From contig JALJEE010002442.1 of NCBI GenBank assembly GCA_023231475.1, forward strand, positions 1 to 44,635: a stretch of 44,635 nucleotides of DNA, written 5' to 3'. Of this stretch, positions 24,196 through 36,665 are shown piece by piece. This DNA is from Seison nebaliae (lineage: Eukaryota). The notes under the pieces were generated by a model. The model worked only from the letters and a program-made list of their open reading frames with translations. It ran no database searches and had not been told where the DNA came from. The first letter of the stretch is position 1. The number at the start of each line of letters is the position of its first letter. The translations under genes and the position numbers were made by a program.

Positions 24196-26269
24196 ACCTT
24201 TTTTTCGTTGTAGTAGAAGAAAAACAGAAGAGAATAAATAGAATGAAATTTCGAATAATTTTTATTCAACACCATTACAATTATCGAGATCATCATCATT
24301 ATGATGACTATTTCTTCAAAGGCGGAATATGTGCCATGAGAGACATGATGAAAAAGAAGGAAAGTTATACAGAAAGAAATTTAAGGACAAAGAAACAAGT
24401 TTTCTGTCTGAAGTATAGAAATAATGCTTAAAACAAAATCATTTACTCATATTCATGAAATACATATATTTGGAAGCAGAATGGTAGAACGCAAATGAAT
24501 TTCGTACAGAAGTGTTACATTATGTCATACGTCGACCATATGCATAAAGAATTACCAAGATAAATTATAATAATATGACGTCGAATAGAAATAGTCGGTG
24601 AGAATGATGAGAAAAAAAAATAGGAACCTTGCTCGTACCCATAGCGTTGGCAAAGTAGATTGATAAAATTGAGTCGTCCGTTCGCCATTAGTTTTGTTGC
24701 ATAATTTTTCAGTTGATAGAAATTGTCGACGTCCGAGAAGAAAGATAAGTCTGATAATATAAAAGAAATGGGATGAGAGAAGAAGAGCAAATGAAAACTT
24801 TTGAATGCGGAGAATGTGTGCAGTAAGTTATGCACTTTACTTTATGAAAATGTCCATTGCTGTTCTTTCTTGTGTTTGGTTTGAGTAGAATTTTATAATA
24901 TAAGAGATTTGGTAGAAAGGAAAAGATAAAAGAAGAAAAGAAAAGTATAATAGGAATGACAGGAGAAATATTCTTTTGATTTATCTATTTTATATTTCTT
25001 CTTTCCGTTCTGATTGAGAAGTGAATATTATTCTCTAATATCTTCTTTTGTCAATCGAAGCAAATAATGTTCCACTTCGCACAGCAACACCCAATAAACT
25101 CACTTTCTGCTTGTTTTCTGTCATTAAATTAGATGAAATATATGAGTGACGCACATAATGAAATAATAATTAATAATCTTATAGGGACTTCTCCCATTGA
25201 GCAGAAGTATTAGAAGTCAAAACACGCATGTCAAACCAGAAAAATATTTGTAAATCTTATACATTTATTGACGTTTACAAATTTTGGTAACAAAAAAAAT
25301 TTCAAACTCTATTTCAAACTGAAGTTAATTATTGACGTTTAATAAAAACGAATTTTCTAATTGGAATCCTATAAAGATTTACAAAAATGTATTTGTAAGG
25401 GAATAATGTCTTCGATTTGTAGAAAAGAACTCTTATAAACGGAATTGTCCTACCAATCCAATTGTCCGTGCACTAAAATTATCTGACTGTACATATTTAT
25501 TATGCATAAAATAGTTAACTTACACACAGTTGTTAATTTATCATTTACATTCGAAAAGAGATTTGTTTATTATATCAAGGAAAATGGACAACAATTTCTT
25601 CGATGTAATTCCCAACATTATTTCTACATCTTCCAAATACATAATCAAACCTGTCAATTAATATCTTCTTAATAATGAGATTGCGATCTCATAAATTTCA
25701 TTCGTTACGTTCACTCTTATACATGAAATATTCTCATCAATTGTTGTTTTTAGTAGCTCGACGTTAGTGTTCGTGAAGCGTCTCATTGACAACATAAATT
25801 GATTGATCGTCAATTGTTATAACTAGGAGAATTTTCCATGTTCTTTCACCAATAATTCTTCCATATTTCTTCTTGATTATTCTTCTTGAGTTATTATCTC
25901 CTCCAATTTAATAGTAGTCGATTGACAATAGTAGAGGAGAAACAATAGAATTTATTTCATTCATACATAATGTCATCGATATTATAATGTCTCGAATTCT
26001 TACACGATTTTTTATTGGAAATTTGCATCGATTTCTCAAATTTCCCCAAGAAATACTGAAACATTTAAGAAAATGAAATTATTCTACATAGAATCCATAT
26101 GGTACTAAAATAAAGAAAGAATTGTCATCCATCGAAATGAAATATTTTCTCATTTACTGGAAAGTGAACGAAGGTCACCATTGGGATAGAAATATATAAG
26201 AAGGAATGGAAACTTTTTTCCTTCTTCCACTTGTCTTCGGACAAAAATGGTTAAAATATTATTTTACTC

Positions 26270-26283
26270 GTTGCCATAGTAAT
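26270..26283. promoter_or_regulatory. RFX X-box-like element
   Basis: GTTGCCATAGTAAT, within the longer imperfect palindrome CTCGTTGCCATAGTAATGAG. Confidence 0.5.
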
Positions 26284-29200
26284 GAGCGTTACAGTCCATC
26301 ATAAATTATAATGTATGGCAGGGAGGACGATAAAAAAAACTTCTGGGGAGTAGATGGATCTTGTACAACAATCTTATCGGTGCCAGTTAGAAATACGTAA
26401 AGAAACTGGAAGAAATTACAAAGGAAACTTTATTTAAATAACCCTCGATCGCATTTCTCTCATTGCATATTTGTCTACATTACTCTTATGTCGAATATCT
26501 TACATAACCATCCAATGTACATCAACAATCGCACATTATTTCTACGAATGTTTACCGGTGGATTAGCAGAGGACAATGTACTTATTGTGTATGGGGGAAA
26601 TTCATGAAATGAACGAGATAAAAATGAATTCTTCTCAATTATCAGAAAATTTAAAGGACCTTTTTTTATTTCCTCTCCAAATATTTAGATTGGGAACCTA
26701 TTAATTCCATAGGACACATGAACAAAAATCATCAAATAAAAATCGAATAGAAAACATTGCCAAATTTTTTTATTGTTTTTGGAACAAATTGGATCTTCTA
26801 GGGAAAATTATTCAATTGATTAACTTTCTTCAATATTCAAATGATCATTTGATTATACAACAAAAAATAAAATTTTAAAGTCAGATAATGAATTTTGAAT
26901 AGAATCATTTTTCTCGAAATAGAAAAACGGGTGAAAGTTAAAGTTTTGTAAGTAGCAGCGGTTCGACTGTACAGTATTACATATTCTGTGAAGTTGTAAG
27001 GAGGAATTAAATGATTTTCAATTGACCTTTAAACTTCTCCCATAATGTTATCAGCATCTTTATCTGGAACAAATATTTACAAAAACTACCTAACACTATC
27101 AGGGTGAGTAAGAGCATATAAAGAAATAAAGAAGAATGACTACCAGTTACTACAAAAACACTTTACATGTTAACACATAATGTTCATTGAACAGTTTCGA
27201 ATTTTCTCTGTATCAACCCGTATATTTGTTGTTAATTTCACACTTATGATTCAGGCGTTTCCCATGAAAAATTCTTGATGTTTCTCGTCATATTTTTCTC
27301 TTATCAGAATCCTATTCTGATTTCCATTTTTGTTTATTTTCAGCATTATCAGAAATTGTTATCCAAATAACTTTAATAGGAAAAAAGTAAAGATAGTATC
27401 CGTTCTTATAAAAGTATAATCGATGTAGTTTACTACATTTTTTTGAACATTATTCTTTCTCCATAATTATTACCACGAATAATACAAAATTAATGAAAAC
27501 AAATTCTTGCACATTTCATTTAGAGAATCTCAATAGAAAATCATAAGAGCTATACAACAACCTAAATAACATTAGTAGGATGTTCCTGTGTACCATAAAA
27601 TTTCTCTCTTTTGACACTAACATTATTTAACATATCATCGGGAAACGGTAGAAATGAGAGACCGGTAAATGATAAGTAAATGTCCTATTTGGCCTTCAAT
27701 CTCAATAATTTATTGCATGAAATGAACAGGTTTATCGATCCGTATTGTATGTGTTAATGAGGAAGAATATTCGGTTGTTTATAAAAATAATTATTACTCA
27801 TCATCAATACATAGAAAGATTGGTTAAGGTAATACACAAATTCCTCTTTCTAATCAATCGATTCTAGTCACACGAACCAATTTCCCCATATGTCTCACAA
27901 ATTTATTCATCGTTTCCTATTTCGACTTCTCTTTTCGTTTGATGAAATCATCTGATCGAGAACATCGGTATCATTGTCGTTTTACCCGATCAATACCTAA
28001 TTTATTTTAATAACCAACAAATAAACAGATGGATGATTGGCGGAAAATCAACGTAGAACTAGAATACGTATAATAATAATTCATTCCCAAATGAAATCGA
28101 GTAATTATAAGGGATTCCTCTCTCATTTCCTTCTCCTAATTATTGTTCCGTCATGGTAACATCCGATCATTTCGTCCATATTCCATTCTCTGCCATCCCA
28201 AGGACATTAGTTGCCATTTGGTCAATACTCTCAATTTGTTATTACCAAACAATTTATTTTATTGATGAAAGAAAATTAATAGAAAATTATTGAAAAAATA
28301 ATAATTTTTAAAGACTTCTATTATTCTCAATGTCTAACAAGTTTTAGTTACGACAAATTCTCCAACTCTACTCCAACGGACGTCCATATAAGTTACATAA
28401 TATTATCAAGAAAAAGAATTCCATTGTCATTCTCAAAGAATTGTGTGAGAAATATGTGTTAGACGGAGAAAGAGGGTGATGGATAAAAATTGTAAATTTT
28501 TTGGAAACCGACATATTTCTAATTGATATCGTTTCAGTTTTCATCTGATATTAAACGTCTGATAATTTCTTCTTACTATTTAACTTGAATTGCGTAATTA
28601 ATATTCGTCTAATATTCTTTTCGTTCGGTTCTCGGGAGGAAGGGAAAGTAGAAGAAAAAGTTTGTGTTCGATAAGTATAAGAAGGAGAATTTCTATTGTT
28701 ATGTTGCAAAGAGCGAAATAAGTTCATAAAGTTTTCGTAATCATCGAACCAACTCATAGTTCGGTAATATGATACATTCGACAAAATAACGTTTATCTGA
28801 ACCAATTTCCAACTTTATAAGAAGAATATCATATTATATTAACTATTATTTGGAAGGTCGAATTGAATATACTTGGCACAAACGATTTCATAAGTCAAAT
28901 GAAAATGAGGGAATTGGCAATTATTCACTTAATGAGAAATGAAACGTTTCACTGCCATGGTGCTAATCAAAAATGCTGAAAGACTGATGAAAGATGGAAA
29001 TGGAATGAAAACAAATATCATTCTTGATTTTTTTCCGTTATATCATTTCCAGTTCTCTCACGAGAGATGGTGAAAGAGGAGAAGTTTAATAAAATCAACC
29101 GTCAATTATGAGAGGTTGAGAATGGAATGGATAGAAAATGGAATTACAAGGAAAATGATGTAATGAATTAGTTTATCATTTTATATTTATCTTTACTATA

Positions 29201-30688
29201 AATTCATTACTCTTCATTAAAAATGGTCTTCTTCCGTCTTGGTCTGAAAATGGTGGAATCTGAATGTGAATGAACGTCGAAATGAGAGTAAATGGAATTT
29301 CATTGGCATCGTAAATATTCTTTCCGTTTCGTTCGATTAAGTGATGAAAGAATCATAAATTTTAATTCATCTTCCTTTCCTACTTACAAACAGGCTCACT
29401 TTCTCTCACTAATCGAGAAGAATTCATGATCGTTAAATTTCCGGTTTGTCAATCTCTCGATTCGATTTAATAATTGATGGAATGGTTGAGGCAATACAGA
29501 AGGATTCTTATCATTTCCGTCATTTTCTCCCAATACCTTTCTCAATACCTCTCCCAATACCTCTTCCGCTCTCTCCCTCTCTCTCCCTCTCCCATATCTC
29601 CAATGGTGATGTCATTCAGAATGATAAAGATTTTAAATTATTTATTTTAAAATTTCCTGTTTTCCCCATATCAAACATAATTCTAACACACCCTTCCAAT
29701 GAGATATTTTTATTATTGAATTTTATTGATGTAACATCGTTGATATTGATGAATTTTGAAAAATAAAGTATGAAAATTATTTCTTTAAAGGAACGAATGG
29801 GAAATGAACAATAATTCCCATCAGACCAAAAGTCGAATTGATCATCTTGCTGCCTTAAAGTGCATTCGATGAATGAGCAGCGAAGTGCAGAAAAGGGCGA
29901 TGATGAAAGTTGAATGATTATGGATGAATGTCATTGGCGATGCATAATCAAATTAATATTTTATCGAAATAAAACATTCTTCCCCTGAGTCATGCCAGAA
30001 ATTCCTGTGCGGTTATAAAAATTATTTTTCACGTGTTGTATTCGAATGTGTTTCCGATCGAGTACCTCCAACTGTGTGTGCCGATGTCCATATAATGAAT
30101 TGCTTCGAGTTGGAATAATTTTTTTTTTCTCCTAAAAATTAATGAACATTTCCTTTAACGAACATTGTCGATTGGATCGAACCTCTTCCCATTGATAGAG
30201 ATTTGCATTACGAGCATGACGACGATCACTTCTTGGCGCCTTCTCATTATAACCTTCTTCGATTTTGAATAATTGATCATAAGATGAAAGTTTCTGATAC
30301 TAATACCACAATGAATGAAATGAATTATTTTAATTTGAAAAAGTTCTGAATTTCTAACTGGTTTCATATTATGATAAACGGACATTTCTGGTTTGTCGAT
30401 ATGACGAACTGGTGGCACGAAAGCATTTGCTGTTAACTGACAAGTTCTTCCACGTACTTCACATTGCCCACTACCAACACTTACCGTCAGATTATGTGTC
30501 ATTCTATGCTGGACGATATTCAATGAAAAACAAAGAAGTTTTTGTGAGAGAAATATTAATAAATGTTCCCAGACTAACAAGTTTCCTCATGAAAAAAAAA
30601 GAAAATGTTTTCGCCCTAACATAATTTGGCAAACAGCTGAATAGAATAAATTGAATGGCGAAAGAAAAACAATTCTGCTACTCATTTG

Positions 30689-30701
30689 GTTGCCTAGCAA
30701 C
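30689..30701. promoter_or_regulatory. RFX X-box upstream of IFT25
   Basis: GTTGCCTAGCAAC, a consensus 13-bp X-box about 170 bp before the ATG of an intraflagellar transport gene. Confidence 0.85.
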
Positions 30702-30869
30702 GATGAGGAACAAGAAACATTTCATTGTTCTGAAATTCTCTTTTATTTTTCTTTATTAACAAAACGGAAATTTAATCAGTTCGATGGTGGATGAGTTCCA
30801 ATTGAAAATTTCTGAAATTTTTTTTCCTTTTTTTAAATTTCATTTTCTTTAGTTTTCTTCATTCATCTC

Positions 30870-31277
30870 ATGGAATATCCATTAACTACGAACGAAGCAC
30901 AAATCGCTTACACTACTTCAGATGATCCGAAATTTCCGGCTAATCATATTTTAGAATTTGGAGAAGAAAGAAAATATTGGGTAACTACAGGATTAGCGCC
31001 CCAGATAGTGGCATTGAATTTATTAAAAGGAATTGTTGTTAAAACTCTAAAAATATTTTGTCGTAATATAAAAATCATTAGACTCCAATTGAAAGTGGAG
31101 AAAGGTGACGCTGTGCCGTTAGGTCCGATCGAACTCTCTGAACAATTAGAAGGGGAAGACCAGATCTGTACAATTCCCATATTTAAAGCAAAAATTACTG
31201 GAATTCAAATATACATTGATGAAACATTTGGCCATTTCAGCATGATTCAAAAAATCATCTTCTCAGAGTTAAAGTGA
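30870..31277 (+). CDS. IFT25: Intraflagellar transport protein 25 (HSPB11) homolog
   Basis: TSDDPKFPANHIL...YWVTTGLAPQ...IYIDETFGHFSMI corresponds to HSPB11 TSSDEKHPPENII...FWTTTGMFPQ...IIVSAFDHFASV. Length is 135 aa and an X-box lies upstream. Confidence 0.82.
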   Translation: MEYPLTTNEAQIAYTTSDDPKFPANHILEFGEERKYWVTTGLAPQIVALNLLKGIVVKTLKIFCRNIKIIRLQLKVEKGDAVPLGPIELSEQLEGEDQICTIPIFKAKITGIQIYIDETFGHFSMIQKIIFSELK

Positions 31278-32191
31278 TAGAGAAATAGCCTAAATAGAAT
31301 AATTTATTGAACCGATAAAAGTTCATTAATAAAAGAATTATTAAGGAGAATAAAGACAAGCAGAAATTTTCTTTGGAACAAAAGGAAGAAAAGATTTTTT
31401 TTGACATAAGAAAACGATGATGATTGTCGCTATTTAAATAAAGAAGGGAAAAGAAATATTTCTTTATATTCTCCAACTCTTCTCATTAATTCGGGGGATG
31501 AAAATCGAGAAAAAAAACTATATGTAATTTTTAATTTTAAGTAATAATAATTTTCTGTTTATTCGGTATTTGTTGTTGTTGTTGTTGTTATTGTTGTTAT
31601 TGTTGTGGTAACGGAAAGATAAAATGATATTCATAATGCTAATAAAGATGATAATAATGAAGGAATTTTAGAGAATATAAAAAAATTAGGAATGACTAAG
31701 AATTTCATCTGAATTAGTTTCTGAAAATAAATTAAATATCAAAATATAATATTAACAAGAAATAATGATTTCCGTCGTTGACGAAAATTGAATCGTATAA
31801 GATTGATGTGAATGAGATCAGATTCAAAAGAAGATTCAAGAGGAAGCAAGTTAATTGTTAGGAAACAATAGAAAATATATTTAAAAAATTTCATTATAAT
31901 ATTTAGAATTGCATTGCGATGAAGGTTGTAAAAAAAAGAGGAAAATAAATATAGATTTTAAGTGAGTTGTTCTTTTTCGTTAAGTTGGATAATTGAAAGA
32001 AATCGACGAAAAATAAACTTTGAACGAAAACTTGGAAATAAATTCACTCGAATATTGTCTCTCCAATCGCTTCTGTTATTTTTCACTAAACAAAAAGAAA
32101 CGGAAGAAAAAATAATAAAATGTTCAACTGAAAATCAAAAATATTGATTAATTACAATAAATTTAAATTTAAATAAAAAATATGAAAATAA

Positions 32192-34594
32192 TTAAAATGA
32201 AAACAAACAAACTATTTCATTGTTGATTGATGGCGATTTCCTGATGGAAGGATGAAATCGTCTAGTGACGATGTGGAATAGATTGGTTGTACAAAGAACA
32301 TAAGTTATCAATATCATCGATGCAAATAAGAGAAAGAGATGGAATAGAAATGATATTTGATAATTCTTTTCTTGTAGTTTTTCATTCTCATCTTCAAAAT
32401 TCTTCCTTACTAATTCATTCAATTTCTCTTTCTCATTCTTCTGATTCTCCCAATTCCTTTTTTCATCATTCGATTTTCTTAATCTCATTTCACTTTTTTG
32501 ATGTGATCCATCTGATGATTTTTTCATCGTATCAATTGGAGATTTTTTCATCGTATCAATTGGAGATTTTTTCATCGTATCAATTGGAGATTTTTTCATC
32601 GTATCAATTGGAGATTTTTTCACCGTATCAATTGGAGATTTTTTCACCGTATCAATTGGCGATTTTTTCATTCTATCAACTGACGATTTTTCTAATGTTT
32701 CAACTGGAAGTACTTTCGTATTTTGTAGCGACGATGAGAATTTATTTGATGATTCTTGTAATTTTTCATTAGAACATCGAGTCAAATTCGAATGAGTATT
32801 TGAATTTGTTCCATTTTTCAGATATTCCACTTGTGATTTAATTCTCTCAATTTTTAGAGGAACTTGTAGCTCATTCGGAGCAATCGATATTGGAAGATTC
32901 TTATCATCAACATTGTCAGATAACGGTTTTATAAGTTCTACTGATGTCGTTGTCTGGACAACTATGGGAGTTGTTACATTAAGTTGGTCTTCTTCAGTCA
33001 ACGATTCATTCGTTTGATAGTTTGTTGAGAGATCTTCATCGGGATGACTGGTCGATAGAAAACGATTTTTCGATGTGTCGTTCTCCGGAATCGTATCCAT
33101 AACAGACGAGTGATTAGGTGATTTTTTTGATTTTTTGAAAATGTTGAAGAATTTCCCAAATTTCATTGATCGTTTCGATTTGCGAGAGATTGTAGATAAC
33201 GAATCATTAGGAGTTAAATTATGATTAGAATGAATCATTTTCTTATTTCTCGATTGATATAATAATGATTTGGGATGACTGGTGGGAGGATCGAAACATT
33301 TGATTAACATTGCTTGTGATCCATCTTGAGATTCAATCACTTCCGCTTCTGTTCTTCCAGAATAAATGAATTTTGATTTTTTGAACATCGATCCAGATGA
33401 TGATATTGGAATTTCTTCCGATTTTTCATAACTGTAAAATGCTTTGAATTCCATAAGAATTCTCCAACAGAATTTCGCCGTCTTCTCCGAACTACACACA
33501 AATTTCAACCAATCTTTCTTCAATGTATTCTGTTGATTGTTGGGAGTGAGACATCGAATAAATAAATTATTTTTAGAATAATTTATCGATTGAATATGAG
33601 ACCAATTGATTTTGTGTTGGGAGAAAATGTTGTTATGTTTATCATCCGAAATGACAATTCCACGAACATTCCATCCAAATACTAATGGAACGCCATAAGT
33701 GTTGGAGAGTTTAATTTGATGGAGACCATAATTCTCTTGTTTGCTCATTATCAGAAAGAAATTGCGAATAGCTTCCGATTTACCGATATTATTCTTTAAG
33801 AATTCCTCTTTCACAAATGTGACGACTTGACAATTGAGATATTTCTCTGGAATGATCTTTAATTGTTGAATGACATTCCTCAAATTATTTATATCTATAT
33901 CATTTAGATGTATTTCGATATGTATCACATAAACGATCAATCGCACTAGATCATTCAATAAGATATTGGAGAAATTAGTGGAATATTGTTTGTATAAATC
34001 ATTCCTTAATTGCAAATAGAAATATTTACGCATTGCATAGTTCTTTAAAGTAACGGCTGGGTCCATCGGATAGAATTTGAAACGCAGATACAAATCTAAA
34101 CATTTATTATTGGTCGAATAAATTAATTGTTTCTTGATGGAACGTGACGAATCAATCCAAAAATAATTCTTGTAACAACTCTGATATCTCAAGCCGATAT
34201 AAGCCATATCAGTAATACCGGCGATATTGGAAGCTAGTCGGAGTATCGTTGAACCTTCATCCGATTTTAACAAATCATCAATAAACGGTTTCTCCCGTCC
34301 AAAAATATGAACTTGACAATTAATTTCATGATTAAATAAATTAGTTATCGAATTATTATTATTGTTGTTGTTATTGTTGTTATTGTTAGATAATAATGGT
34401 GATGATTGTGCAGTGGGAGCAGCGATCGGTCTCATATCAAGTGATGATAAAATATCATTTCTCCTCTCTTCCTCTTCACTCAGACAATTGTCAGTCGTGT
34501 TGTTGATGTAATAGGTGGAGAGGTTGTCCGATTTCAAACTGTTCGTTCGAGATCCAAGAAAAGATTTACTTTTTTTGAAAATTTTGATTTTCAT
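32192..34594 (-). CDS. FERM + FERM-adjacent domain protein with C-terminal transmembrane segment (FRMD3/FRMD5-like)
   Basis: YIGLRY...WID...IKKQL, LRFKFYPMDP, YFYLQLRNDL, YGLH, INWSHI...YSKN, AKFCWR...FY, FA motif SKFIYSGRTEAEV, and a hydrophobic C-terminal helix. Intronless, 800 aa. Confidence 0.85.
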   Translation of the reverse strand: MKIKIFKKSKSFLGSRTNSLKSDNLSTYYINNTTDNCLSEEEERRNDILSSLDMRPIAAPTAQSSPLLSNNNNNNNNNNNNSITNLFNHEINCQVHIFGREKPFIDDLLKSDEGSTILRLASNIAGITDMAYIGLRYQSCYKNYFWIDSSRSIKKQLIYSTNNKCLDLYLRFKFYPMDPAVTLKNYAMRKYFYLQLRNDLYKQYSTNFSNILLNDLVRLIVYVIHIEIHLNDIDINNLRNVIQQLKIIPEKYLNCQVVTFVKEEFLKNNIGKSEAIRNFFLIMSKQENYGLHQIKLSNTYGVPLVFGWNVRGIVISDDKHNNIFSQHKINWSHIQSINYSKNNLFIRCLTPNNQQNTLKKDWLKFVCSSEKTAKFCWRILMEFKAFYSYEKSEEIPISSSGSMFKKSKFIYSGRTEAEVIESQDGSQAMLIKCFDPPTSHPKSLLYQSRNKKMIHSNHNLTPNDSLSTISRKSKRSMKFGKFFNIFKKSKKSPNHSSVMDTIPENDTSKNRFLSTSHPDEDLSTNYQTNESLTEEDQLNVTTPIVVQTTTSVELIKPLSDNVDDKNLPISIAPNELQVPLKIERIKSQVEYLKNGTNSNTHSNLTRCSNEKLQESSNKFSSSLQNTKVLPVETLEKSSVDRMKKSPIDTVKKSPIDTVKKSPIDTMKKSPIDTMKKSPIDTMKKSPIDTMKKSSDGSHQKSEMRLRKSNDEKRNWENQKNEKEKLNELVRKNFEDENEKLQEKNYQISFLFHLFLLFASMILITYVLCTTNLFHIVTRRFHPSIRKSPSINNEIVCLFSF
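32514..32692 (-). repeat. 24-bp coding minisatellite (KKSPIDTM/V)
   Basis: Six near-identical units (plus strand TTTTTTCA(T/C)CGTATCAATTGG(A/C)GA) with degenerate flanking units KSSVDRM and KKSSDG. Confidence 0.95.
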
Positions 34595-35263
34595 ATCCCC
34601 AAAAAAATTGAAATTGTTTTTTTGGGAATTCCAATTTCCAATTTGTTTGAACGATGTTAAGGGATGGGGGAAATTGATTCATTTAAATGTTCTAATCTCT
34701 TATAATCTTCTTCTAATTGTTCTTTCGAATTCTCATTCAATCTTCGTCAAAACAACTTCTTTGTAAAAGGAAATAAAGGAAAAAAATTGATAGAAATTAT
34801 TAGAAAAGAAGAAACATCATCTTTTTATGTAAAAGAAGAAGTAGAAGAAGAAAGAAGAGTCAATGTATTAATAAATTCGTGAGTCGTTACACTAATTCGC
34901 ACATACTTCCCAACACAACCAATCTGAATGAGCACCACATGAAATGAAGAGGGAGAAGAAAGAGAAAGTAAATAGAAGTAGTGCAGAAAATGTAGGAGAG
35001 AAATTAGGAAATTATCATGAAGGGAGAAAGCAGCAGATTTGAGAAGAACTCAAATTCTCCTGCATAACCTCCCAATCCAAAAATCGACATATTTCACACA
35101 TAATAACATTCCTCTCATTTTCTCATCATTCTTTTCAATAAATCTACTAGAATTCTCATATTTATTGTTTATTCAATTCGAATAATTTTTTCTTCTCAGC
35201 TCCAATTAGCTTAACATTTTAAATTCAACAATTCATTCAATTCCTTCTTATTCTTCTCAATTA

Positions 35264-35271
35264 TGACGTGG
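35264..35271 (+). promoter_or_regulatory. UPRE / XBP1-ATF6-type element upstream of cyclophilin B
   Basis: TGACGTGG(C), about 400 bp upstream of the ATG, with further ACGTG cores at about 35279, 35374, 35564 and 35592. Confidence 0.5.
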
Positions 35272-35664
35272 CCATTTAACGTGATAAATGAATCATCAAT
35301 CGATGTCAATTCTTCTCATATTTATTTTTTGTCTACGAAACATAACTTTCCTTATTATTATTTTCCAATTCAAACGTGGCATTTCTTTTTGTTTTCTACA
35401 GATATACTTTATAAAAACTTCTAATTATTTTCCTCCTTTAATGTCATTTCTTCAATCTTTCGATTCTAATGAATTAGAATAACATTTAAATTTTTTATTT
35501 TATTCCATTATAAGTCCATATTTTTCATATTATTTTCATTCTTCATTCTAAAATATTTTCATAACGTGCAATCTTTAATTTTAAATTTTTAACGTGCAAT
35601 CTTTCATTAAATTTTTAAAATTTCTTTTTTCTTTCAGATCATATTTGAATTCAATTCTAACGCA

Positions 35665-36273
35665 ATGTTACGAGTAATTCTATTAACGGTAGTCGCATGT
35701 TTGATACATCAGAATGCCGCTAAAGTAAATACCGTTACTGATAAGGTATATTTCGATATCACCATCGGTGGTAAACCAGCTGGTCGTATCGTTATCGGAT
35801 TATTCGGCGAGACCGTCCCAAAAACTGCTAATAATTTCTTAGCAATTTGTAAAGGCTCGAAAGGATTCTCATATCAAGGAAGTAAATTCCACCGAGTTAT
35901 CAAGGACTTCATGATCCAAGGAGGAGATATGACAAACGGAGATGGCACTGGTGGCAAGAGTATTTATGGTCAGAAGTTCGCTGATGAAAACTTCAAATTG
36001 GAACATTATGGAGCTGGATGGTTATCGATGGCGAATGCAGGAAAGGACACCAATGGCTCACAATTCTTTATCACTACCATCAAAACTACCTGGTTAAATG
36101 GCCGTCATGTTGTGTTTGGAAAAGTGTTGGAGGGAATGAAAACAGTTCGCAAAATTGAACAAACTAAAACTGGTCCAGCTGATCAACCGAAAGAACCAAT
36201 CGTTATTAGTGAGAGTGGAGAATTGGCAGTTGATGCACCGTTCGAAGTTGACATGGCACCAGCTACCGAGTAA
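35665..36273 (+). CDS. PPIB: Peptidyl-prolyl cis-trans isomerase B (cyclophilin B)
   Basis: Signal peptide, [84 protein letters not shown]. Intronless CDS, with a probable 5'UTR acceptor at 35637. Confidence 0.96.
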   Translation: MLRVILLTVVACLIHQNAAKVNTVTDKVYFDITIGGKPAGRIVIGLFGETVPKTANNFLAICKGSKGFSYQGSKFHRVIKDFMIQGGDMTNGDGTGGKSIYGQKFADENFKLEHYGAGWLSMANAGKDTNGSQFFITTIKTTWLNGRHVVFGKVLEGMKTVRKIEQTKTGPADQPKEPIVISESGELAVDAPFEVDMAPATE

Positions 36274-36665
36274 AGTGACTGTTGATTATTACTTATAAAT
36301 ATTAATATTAAACATATGATATGATCGTTCTTGTGATAAAGAAAGCTACCCCTTACATATTTTTCTCCCCTTGTTTTCCTTTTATAATATTAATAAAATT
36401 AATTCTTACCATTCTCTTCATTAATCATAATAATTTGACACACCTCAAAAAATAGTGATAACTTGAAAAATGGAAACACTTCTCCATAAATTTCATTTAT
36501 ATTATATTTATTCTTCTCATATGATCTATCATTTCAATATTATTCACATTTGTCAGATGGTTAAAATATCTATAAATTATTTTAGATAATTTTAATTAAT
36601 TTTTCTTTGGACAATTTTTTTTGGAAATTTATTTTTAAATTGTTCATTATTGAAAAATTCTTCGA

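Noticed and set aside
30155..30624. Overlapping 141-aa (-) and 70-aa (+) ORFs upstream of IFT25
   Set aside because: Non-ATG starts, no motifs, and no supporting splice structure.
31570..31607. (GTT/ATT)n microsatellite
   Set aside because: Ordinary simple repeat in intergenic or UTR DNA.
32287..32772. 161-aa plus-strand ORF with SSYQLEIF repeats
   Set aside because: Antisense shadow of the FERM minisatellite.
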